A DNA stretch of 61,071 nucleotides, filler included, from Dugesia japonica (taxonomy: Eukaryota), in the NCBI GenBank assembly GCA_001938525.1. It is 5 parts of 5 records of this genome, joined end to end, with 100 filler letters (N's around TTAATTAATTAA, not from the genome) between each part and the next. Parts side by side here need not be neighbours in the genome. Positions count along the whole stretch, not along the records: positions 34,108 to 51,679 come from MQRL01628809.1; 4 more parts are not named here. The stretch is one strand, 5' to 3'. Positions within the stretch are counted from its first letter, which is position 1. Each line of letters starts with the position of its first letter. Positions 39,227 to 48,879 of this stretch are shown in pieces. Under the pieces are notes generated by a model that made no database searches, was not told the DNA's origin, and saw nothing but the letters and a program-made list of their open reading frames with translations. Made by a program: the position numbers and the translations under genes.

Positions 39227-39376
39227 TTACTTCGTTTGTTTATACACTATGACGCGATTAGAGTTAAACATATAAGTTCGCACTCTCAAATAATGTGGAC
39301 ATTGTTGTGTAAAGTCTAAGAAGAGGTATCCATGCGGCTTTACTGTTGCATCCTTGAAAGCGTTCAATAGAAATTA
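39227..39376 (-). pseudogene. Packaging ATPase C-terminal fragment, copy B
   Basis: FLLNAFKDATVKPHGYLFLDFTQQCP..LRVRT aligns with copy A FLIESF*DATETPHGNLFLDFTQQFP..YRVRT. Confidence 0.85.
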
Positions 39377-40152
39377 CTATTTAAATTCTTGATAAATGGT
39401 GAAGCTGATATCTTTGAGATTTTCACATGATCACCAACTTTATACTTTAGTTTTTTATTTGCTTTTGAATGTTTACGCGATAATCATAACTTTAATTGAT
39501 TGTTTGTACTTACATCAACCGGTCTTGCTCCATTTAATCCTTTATGACCAGAATGATTATAACTATGAATAAGTTTCGGTAAAACATTTATCCAAGTCTT
39601 ATTACCAACATGTACAAAGTACTTTTTCAATGCATCTCTCAATGTGCGATTAAATCTCTCTACATATGCAGCTTTATACTGCGAGAATACACTATAATAG
39701 TTTATGGATAGATGATTTATAAGTTGTTTCACCTTAGAATTGTAAACTTCCTTTCCCAAATCTGTTTGAAAATTATCTGGATGTCCATTTTTAAACATTG
39801 ACTTGATTACCGGTTCCACATCATTAGCAGATTTTGATTTAACAAGAACAGCTCTTGCAAATCTACTGAATACATCAATATATGTCAAAATATACTTGCA
39901 TCCTTTATTAATGTTTGAATATGGAATCATCTCTATTAGACCCATTTGCCATAAATCATCAATACCATATGTTTTATATGCTCTTGTTGGAAATCTTTTC
40001 AACATCGGCTTGTTCAGGCTGTACGATAGTTGTCACAATAACTACTTTTTTGTATTTCTTTTCATTTTTTGAGCTGCTTTCATCAACTTGTCTACGCCTC
40101 GAACACCTGCTGGGTTTTTTGGATCCGTCCATATTGTCTTTAGTTTCCCCAT
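39377..40152 (-). pseudogene. rve integrase, copy A, 3'-truncated
   Basis: MGKLKTIWTDPKNPAGVRGVDKL, YIDVFSRFA, QTDLGKE, ERFNRTL, KVGDHVKI, then breaks into ATPase sequence. Confidence 0.9.
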
Positions 40153-40210
40153 TACAACAGTTCGATGCCAATTTTAAGTCAAAATTAGATAATGATTGCA
40201 ATTCGCCCAT
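39974..40210 (-). CDS. 78-aa ORF overprinted on the integrase 5' end (MGxxxS and CC motifs)
   Basis: MGELQSLSNFDLKLASNCCNG...EQADVEKISNKSI*. Homologous frame in copy B is MGALQSLPNFNFKFSSNCCNG...EQANAEKISNESI*. Confidence 0.6.
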   Translation of the reverse strand: MGELQSLSNFDLKLASNCCNGETKDNMDGSKKPSRCSRRRQVDESSSKNEKKYKKVVIVTTIVQPEQADVEKISNKSI

Positions 40211-40251
40211 TGTTTATTAAAATATTGATCAAAAGCTTCAATTGTTTATTT

Positions 40252-40557
40252 GAAATGAGTTAAACCTAAAGCTGCTAATGCAATTGGTAGTAATGTTGCT
40301 ATAAATTCACCACCTTGATTAGTTTGTATTACTTTCCTCATCAATCTCCTATTTTTAGTATTTACAAGCGATTATGTTTTTTTATGTTTTTTCAATGTTT
40401 TCTTTTAAACTTCGCTCAAATTTACATTACAGTGTAAAATTTATGATTTTAAATCATCCATAACATATAGTGGAAACAATTCCAAAATTCTCATTCTCAT
40501 TGATTTTGATGATTTAATCAAAGCAGTAAAAAACGGAATACTTCTTTCTAATTTCAT
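40252..40557 (-). pseudogene. Small QxGG/amphipathic protein, copy A
   Basis: MKLERSIPFFTALIKS...NQGGEFIATLLPIALAALGL. Confidence 0.7.
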
Positions 40558-40594
40558 TTTTTTATTTCAAAGCAAAGACATACCAGTTAATTGT

Positions 40595-40938
40595 TTATAA
40601 TGATATCCATTTTCTATTCATAAATTTCAGTTTCTTTCTAGTACTTTTTGCAAGTTTTTTAAACTTATTCAATACATTATTCTTATTTGCATATGGTTTC
40701 TTATGTGATATCCATCTTCCATCTGTCATTTGCAGTTTCTTTTCATCACTTTTTGAAAGTTTTTTAAACTTATTCAACTGTATTTTATTATTTGCATTTG
40801 TTTTCTTATGAGATTGTTTTTGTGAGACTTTTTCTTATAAGATCGATTTGTTTTTTTCTTCAAAACTAACCTTTTCCTTTGTTCAACAACATCACCATCA
40901 GTAACTGAATCAACTACAATTTTCTTAAACTTTGCCAT
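40595..40938 (-). pseudogene. Lysine-rich small protein with an internal repeat of about 35 aa
   Basis: MAKFKKIVVDSV..., then a repeated LNKFKKL.KS..KKL...WIS unit. Confidence 0.5.
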
Positions 40939-40958
40939 TTTATATAATATTATGAAAA

Positions 40959-41611
40959 TTACCTATTTTGTTTATATACTGTGATACCATTAGGGTTGAA
41001 TATATCTGTTCTCACCCTATAATCATCTGGAAATTGTTGTGTAAAGTCGAGAAATAGATTTCCATGTGGTGTTTCTGTCGCATCTTAAAATGATTCAATA
41101 AGAAATTGTCTGTTATTTAGATATGCTTGTCTTGCTAAAAAATCAACAACAGTTTGATCTCTAGGATTTTTGAATAGAACCAAATATTGCAGGTTTAAAT
41201 TGCGTGTTCTATGACTACCTCCTTGATAAAATAGATTTTGTGTAATAAATATAACAGTCACATTACTATGTCTCAATATCTTTGTGAATAAATTATTGAA
41301 ATCTTTTTCTTTATTTGCCTCCTGATACAGATCATCAACAANNNNNNNNNNNNNNNNNNNNNNNNNNNNNNNNNNNNNNNNNNNNNNNNNNTACTCCAAT
41401 TAGAATCAAAACCATTTATGATTTTCATTTTAATATTACAAAATTCAGATTTAGTCAGACCATGCACCTCATCTGAACCTCTATGCTAGTATATGTTTTT
41501 AAATTTAGACTTGAATAACTTTGATTTCAATAATTGACATACAAACAAAGTTTTCCCGCTACCACTAAGTCCAACAATTTGATAGACTGCATCATTTCTT
41601 AATCTCTCCAT
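40959..41611 (-). pseudogene. A32/FtsK-like genome-packaging ATPase, copy A
   Basis: Walker A GLSGSGKT, Walker B VDDL, RHSNVTVIFITQN, RNLNLQYLVLFKNPRD. Confidence 0.92.
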
Positions 41612-41899
41612 CTTGTTTTTCTTTAGTTTACTCATAATTTAGTATATTGTTTATAATTAAAAGTTAAAGAAACATTAAAAATCACGTGACTATGAATTTT
41701 TATTAATAAATAAATAGGTGTGTAACTCAGATGCAACACACATACACTGTAAATCACGCGCTTATGAATTTTAGACTCCCCTCATACCATGTAAAAAATA
41801 AAGACTCCCTCGTCCCTTGCAAAATATTAAGACTACCCCATCTGTTACATAAAAAAATAATTTAATTAAATTTAATTTAATTTAATTTATTTATATTAA

Positions 41900-42065
41900 A
41901 AAGATTTCCCTGCCTTGCAATAAAAAATTTCCAACCAAAATATTGTTTTTAAATTTCCCGCCAAAAATATATTTTTGAATTTCCCGCCAAAAATTTTTTT
42001 AAAAATTTCCCGCCAAAAACGTTTTTGAAAATATTAAGACTCTTCTCTTCCCCGCTCAAAAATCT
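41900..42065. promoter_or_regulatory. Array of TTTCCCGCCAAAA (E2F-consensus-like) motifs at 26-bp spacing
   Basis: Perfect copies start at 41954, 41980 and 42006. Degenerate copies at about 41904, 41928 and 42048. Confidence 0.55.
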
Positions 42066-42769
42066 TACAAAACAACACTTCCCTGATCAAAATACCGAAA
42101 AAATAACCAAAAATACAACAAATACATAAAAATAACATTACTTTCATTAAATTCATCAAATTAAGCAATATACAGCATTTTAAACCAAATTAAATATTTC
42201 AAAACATTATGACGCATAACCAACTGACAGAAAAATTTCAAATAAATATCATAAAATCCAATAATTAATTCTCTTTCCACTCATACCAACCTCCACCTCA
42301 CGAAAATATTTTTAGCACACTTATACCACTTACAAAATAAACCAATCAAATAGTAACCCTTAAAATAAAAAATCAAAGCACATTCGACAACCAACATCTT
42401 CACTATCACATTACCTCTCCAACAAGCCATCAACCAACAAATTCCATCAACAACATAAAAACCTACAAGCCCCACAAAAACCACCCACGATAACTCATAC
42501 GAATGTGCCCGTGTGCCACTACCCTTGTACCGACAACCATCCATCCAAACTCATAAGTCCTTTAGACAATATATAGACCAAATCTTTGTCCAACAACAAA
42601 TAAATCTTNNNNNNNNNNNNNNNNNNNNNNNNNNNNNNNNNNNNNNNNNNNNNNNNNNNNNNNNNNNNNNNNNNNNNNNNNNNNNNNNNNNNNNNTTTTT
42701 AAAAACCACCTTAGCAACCCAAACACACACAAAATTTAAAATTTAAAAATACACACACACTTTCAGGAT

Positions 42770-42960
42770 TAAAAAAAACTGATCAGATCAAAAAAAAATT
42801 TGATCCGATCAAAAAATTTATGATCCCAAAAATCTTAGAAAAAAATCGAGCACAAAAATCATGGCTAAAAAGCGCAGCTTAAGCGTAATGTGTTTCCGAG
42901 CCCCCCTCTGGGAATGGGGGCGATTTAGAAATTGTGCCCATGTGCCACTATCTACCTACT
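42770..42960 (-). repeat. Putative Polinton terminal (TIR) region
   Basis: 5'-AGTAGGTAGATAGTG end, GC-rich subterminal block and GATC-A(n) repeats. Partner TIR is not in the window. Confidence 0.6.
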
Positions 42961-43333
42961 CTCCGTATTAGCCACAAAATGAGTTTTGTTCATTAATCAA
43001 GGAGTATACAAATGTCAACGTTGATTCAGTTCTAGACGAATATTCATCTATATCAATGGCATGTCCCTATAAATGTAATAGTTGCATTCGACGAAATATC
43101 CAGAAAGTTTTACATATTCATATTAACAATCAAAATGAAAAACACTAGAATAATGTTTGTAATAAATGTTTTATAAATGATTTTCTTTTATTTTAACTTT
43201 TTCAATAATCAAANAAATAATCAAAGAAATAAAATATTAACATTTATTAATTATAACAATTACAACAGTTTTAATCACGTTTTATTCAAGTTTGTTAAGT
43301 TTTAATTATCCAAATTGGTGTAGATTCAATATT

Positions 43334-43790
43334 TCATTTCTTGATTCTTTGAATTTCGATTGTAAGCATCCACCTGTCTTTATTTACATATCCTTCATCA
43401 TATGTGTTTTCCAGAACTTCTTTCGAATTACTAAATACATTGTCTTTGATTGGCATTGTTTGGTCCAATCTCAAAAGTACCGAATTTATAATTAATTTAT
43501 CCGACGAACTAATTTCTTTAATCATGTTATATGGACGTCTTTTTAACTTGACAGATTCCTAAATAAAAATTATTAATAGTAAATAATACTAAAAAATAAA
43601 TTACTTGAAATGTATACAGAATAGACTTCTTCAGTAAATTCATTTTATGTTGATGAAAATCAACAATTTTACCACAGTCAAGACTAATGTTCAATACGTT
43701 ATCAATTGTTAGTATTTGCTTTCCTTCCATTTTAAAATAATGAAATTTTTTTTTAAAAACTTTCTTGCTTATATACTTACTTGAACTCAT
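43334..43790 (-). CDS. Two-exon ORF of unknown function (possibly a pseudogene)
   Basis: A 46-nt GT-AG phase-0 intron at 43559-43604 joins ...ILYTFQ to ESVKLKRRPYNMIKEI... in frame. Confidence 0.5.
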
Positions 43791-44009
43791 TAAGTGAATT
43801 TCTTTGGTTGATTTTAACTAGTGTGCGTGGACGTATTTCACAATAACTGCATACTTTCCAATATCTGTACGATTTTAATTCGCTGATAATTCTTTAAATT
43901 TATAAGATTTACAAGTTCAAATCTTATTAATTTCTAAAATAACAGAAAAGAAAGAATCTGAAACAAATAATTACATTGAAAACAAAGATGTTGTATGTTA
44001 ACAAATTTA

Positions 44010-45270
44010 CTAGATATACCCCATAGAAATGCTGTTCATTGCATTTGCATATCCTTCACGATTCCTTTTATAAAAGTCCATTATGTAGGATAATGGCATT
44101 GAAAGAGTATTTGCAGTTTATAATGCCAACCTTCNACAGAGTTTGTTGTTCTGGCTATTCCTTCAGAAGCAATTTCATAATGATTCCAGCTTTCTATTGG
44201 AAAGAGCTCTGAACCATAATATTCAGTACATCCTGATCGCCTTCTGTCTTAAATATAAGTGTGTTTAAAATAGGCCAAAATCTCAGACATCTTATTGTAC
44301 AGCTAATATCATAAAAGCATTAATAACATCTGCTAAAGGAACCATAGCCTAAACAGATAAGCAGCGAATGGCTGTTCACAAACAGTCGATCCTTTTATAA
44401 TAGACTTTCATGCCAATTTCATTTAATTTCCGATTTACACTTTGCATTAGATGAAAATAGCAACCAATAACCTTTGCATTTAGAAAAGCTGCTCTAAAGG
44501 CACATTTTGCAGAAATCTCAAGTTGAGCAGTATTCTATATGTTGAAGCCAGTGGAATACTCTGTTTAATTGCTATTATAATGCGATCATAAACAGCAAGT
44601 ATTTTTGTTTGAATCAGACAGTAAATATCAGTAGGATCTATACCAGGAACAAGTTGAACATGTAAAGTATATTGTTGAAAAAATATAGAAAACACTACTT
44701 TAATCTGCCAACTATAGTTTAGCTCTTGCCAATCCATCCAATAGTTCGTCACTTCCCATTATCAAAGCCGATCGAATCCAGATCCTAAAATCATAAAAAA
44801 TCATATTTTGAAATTCTTCAGGTATATTGAATGTCATATCTTTTGGAGGTGTAAGAAGATATGTCAATACTGACTCCGACTGTATATTTTGGCGTTTTTG
44901 CTGCAAAGTTCGCTTAAGAGAATCCTTTTTTGGTAAAGCTAAAAGAACCTCTGATTAAAGTTTCATACTTACAGAACCTATCACTGCAATTGTTGTAGTT
45001 CATATTTCATCCATTTTGTCTTTCATTTTAGAAACTGATTGTTTGGCCAAAAAAGTATTCTTATTACCATCATAATCACAATCACCCAGTAATTTATCTT
45101 TTGCTATTGTCAAACGGGCTTGATGTTAGCAGATCTGATAACGCTTACAATGCCATTGAAAATTACCATTTGCATATTTCAGGTGCTTAATAAATTCATA
45201 TTGCTTATGCAAAACAGACACTTTCTACTTTTTAGTAGTGCGAAAACTAATTTTATTATCAGTTATTTTA
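44010..45270 (-). mobile_element. MULE (Mutator-like) transposase with FLYWCH-like N-terminus, pseudogenised
   Basis: FQWHCKR, LPKKDSLKRTLQ, KVVFSIFFQQYTLH, VIGCYFHLMQS, FPIESWN, RTTNSVEGWH. Confidence 0.88.
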
Positions 45271-45449
45271 GCCCTTTAAATACTTTAATAAGTATATTTA
45301 TAGCTAATTAAATATTACATAACTAACAAACGTGATTTAGTTTCAAGGATTAAATTAAATCACAGTGATTAATTAATAAATTAATAATGTGGATTGATGC
45401 TTATTTTGTTCTATTTTATCAGTGATTAGGTGTCGAGTGATTAAGTGTC

Positions 45450-48400
45450 ACCAAACCAATTAAATATTAATAATAATAAGCTTCCTAGAGACTATACGAT
45501 AATCTAAATAATAATGCATGTAATAACCCAATCATTAACTAGATTAAAGAATTACATCATTGCATCATTTAAAGATAACTATATTATTTAGTAAAATAAG
45601 TGTAAGTTAGTAGAATAATTATTTATATGTTTAGAAGTATGTTAGAAGTATGTTTCATTACCATAATATTTATTAAATGACAATCTAAAAAGGAGAAATA
45701 AATATATAAATAATTATGATTTGACCAATCACCATACCTCAATCAGCAAAAAAACATTGACCTACATATTGACCAACATACAAAATATTTGAACTCATAG
45801 TCAAATATAAGTTGTGCAACATGCAATTTTAATAATAATTTATAGTAAATATAAAATATCCTCACATTCCCATCTCTTTAAAAGCTCTTAACCACTCTAC
45901 ATTTTTGATAACTATTTTACCATTTTCAAATTTAATGTAATAACTCCTATCTTGTCTCTTTTTAATTATTATTTCTGGGCTTTCGTACATATCTTTGTCC
46001 TTATTAGCAGTGATATTTTTTACCAAAACGTTGTCTCCAATTTTAAAATGTATTTTTGTAATTCTATACATGCTAAGACTAATTTCATCTTGATCAATGA
46101 GATTTGTTATTCTTTTTCCATGTTTCTCTTCGACATTTTCATGAATATTCTATTCTTGTGAAATTTTCTTTCCAAAACCAATTTCTGCTGGACTCAATTT
46201 TAATGTACTTTGATATGAAGAAATTATCATAAATTCTACTTCTGGGAGTATATCTGTCCAATCTTTATTTGTTATATTTTGTAATGTTCTATGAATTACA
46301 GATCCTATAGTTCGAAATTGTCTTTCGATTTATCCATTACTAGAATGATGATACGGACTTGAAATGTTTAACTCTATTCCATGCTTTTCTGTCAATTTTC
46401 TAATCAAATTCGATTCAAATGATCTTACTTTATTACAATTANTAATTTTAGGTGCCCTGAATTTCAAAATCCACTNATTTTTTAATGTATTTGCTACAGT
46501 TTTTTCGGTTTGATCAATTACAGATGTTAATGAAATATACTTGCTAAATTGATTTATAATAGGTAATATATATTTTTTACTATTTCTAGCGGTTTTAAAC
46601 GGTCCACAGAAATCAATATGTATAATTTNNNNNNNNNNNNNNNNNNNNNNNNNNNNNNNNNNNNNNNNNNNNNNNNNNAATTTCAAATATATCTGTAGGC
46701 AATGTTTTAATAATGTCTTCTTTTGTTTTTGAAGTTACAGTTTTCTTTTTTTTGATGTTTTTCACAACTTCTTTTCATCCAGCATAACATAATAATTGAT
46801 TAGTATAATCAATGAATTTGATTCTCATTTCTTTTGAGATCCAGATTTTATTGTGAATTGTATAAACAATATTTTCAATCAATTTAAATTTATAATTTCT
46901 TTCAAATCTTAAGTTCTCTTTAATAACATCGATTTTTTAAAATCCTTCTTGCGATATACCACAATTATTTTGTAACATTAATGGCAATATTTTAGTTTTT
47001 AATTTTCCAGATTTCGGATCTTTATGTATAGTCTGGAATTGGACATACGTTTCACAATCCGTTCTTGAGAGAGCATCTGCATTAAGATGATCTTCACATT
47101 TTCTGTATTCCAATTTAATATCCAAACTGTTAAGATGGTTGATCCAAGTCTGAAATTGTGGTGTTATTGGTCTTTTAGTCTTCAGCATAAACTTTATTGT
47201 TTTATGATCAGTTCTTAATCGAATTATCTGTCCATACAAATAATGTTTCAAATGTTCTTTGAAATAAAAAATCGCCAAAAATTCTTTTCTGGTAATGTAA
47301 TAGCTCAGCTCGTGTTTACTCATGGTTTTAGATCCATAAGCAATATTTTTTTATCAATTTGACTTAAAACTGCACGTATTCTATCAAAGCTGGCATCAGT
47401 ATCCAATATAAATTTTTTAGAAAAATTCAGAAATGCTAAAACTGGAGCTTTCATTAGTTCAGCTTTCAAATCTCTTCAGTATATTTTTTTCTGGTTACTA
47501 CTACGTAGATTTTCTAAACATTTTGTCTACTTTGTGTAATCCTTTATAAATTTTCTATAATAATTTGCGAGGCATAAAAAACTACTCAACTTTTTACACA
47601 TTTTGGGGTTTTAAAATTAAAAATTGCTTCAATTTTTTTATTATCAGTATCAATTCCTTTTGAATTAATAATATGACCCAGAAATTTTATCTCGTTTTTC
47701 ATGAAATGACATTTAGATGGACTTATTTTAAAACCGGCTTCTTTTATACGTTTCAAAACCTTGTCAATTCTCTTATAGTGTTCTTTAATAGTTTCAGGAA
47801 AAAATTAAAATATCATTTAAGTAAGCCACTGCTTAATTACCATTTAAGGGACCTAAAACCTTATTCATCAATTTCTGAAAAATAGCAGTAGCAGCTGCAA
47901 TTCCAAAGAGCATTCTATTAAAATAATATTGTGCACCTTTTGTCGAAAATTCAATTTTATATTTTAAGTCATCTGTTAATTCTACTTGATAGTAAGCATT
48001 ACCAAAATCTATACTTGTAAAATATTTGGCTCCATATAAAATATCCATCATTTCCGCAGTGTTTGGAATAGGAAAAATTGGTCTTTCTGTCACTTCATTT
48101 AACAATCTATAATCTAATCAAAGTAGTATTTCATCATTGTCTCGTTTTTTTATGCAAACCTAAGGAGCATTCAAAGGGGAGTCACATTTATTTATAATTC
48201 CATTTATTTCTATTTCTTTAATATTTTGCTCAATCCTATCTATTAAATGATAAGGTTGACGCCTAGGATTAATTGCAAAATTGGTTTACTACTGTTTTTA
48301 TTTCATGTTTTACAATATTAGTTTTTTCAATATCCAATTTATGTTTCATTATAATACTTTCATATTTTTCTAAAATCGTCAATATCATTTTATCTTTAAT

Positions 48401-48800
48401 ATTTTCAATTTCTAATATTTTTGGTTTAAATTAAATTACATTAACAGATTCTTCATTAAATGGCGAGTTCTATATTAAATTTATTCAAAAGATTTATTCC
48501 ACAAATAACGGGTGGGGATATTTCTTTAGCAACATAAAAACAAAAATTCTTCATTTTTCTATTAAGCTTTACATTTAAGTATACTTTTCCTACAATTTCT
48601 AAAGAACTATTATTTGCACATTTGACATTTATATTAGAATCAATTATTGAAACTTTTCCTATTCTTTTTAATAATTCGTATATAATAACACTAATTTTAG
48701 CTCCAGTATCAAGTAAACATGATGTAACAATATTATTAATTTTTAAATTAATTGTAGGTCAACTATCTAGGGTATTATAGTTTTCATAAATTTCTTTATC
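45450..48800 (-). mobile_element. Gypsy protease, RT, RNase H and integrase remnant with 3' LTR
   Basis: CLLDTGAKISV (about 48700), FTSIDFGNAYYQ, LDTDASF, LRTDH, HIDFCGP, SSPYHHSSNG. PPT at 45867-45879 followed by TGTGAGG. Distal LTR end is approximate. Confidence 0.93.
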
Positions 48801-48879
48801 AAAATTATTAATAATTGATAAATTATTATTATCGTCATAATTATCATTGTTAAGTAAATCTTCAATTGTTAATTCATTT

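Larger units (their letters stand above)
34480..42960 (-). mobile_element. Polinton/Maverick (adintovirus-like) endogenous viral element, decayed; left part missing
   Basis: Co-oriented cluster of ATPase, rve integrase, minor capsid, major capsid and adenain-like protease, with a 5'-AGTAGGTAG terminus at 42960. Confidence 0.92.

Noticed and set aside
41900-42065. 26-bp periodic motif as a CRISPR-like array
   Set aside because: Only three perfect 13-bp copies with similar A/T-only spacers. Better explained as a regulatory tandem repeat.
42200-42746. C/A-skewed region as an additional viral gene
   Set aside because: Frames are interrupted, partly in a gap and without a recognisable motif. It may be a decayed ORF but cannot be supported.
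25969-42960. The two AGTAGGT ends as the TIR pair of one element
   Set aside because: They share only 7 terminal nucleotides, have unrelated subterminal sequence and lie on different contigs.
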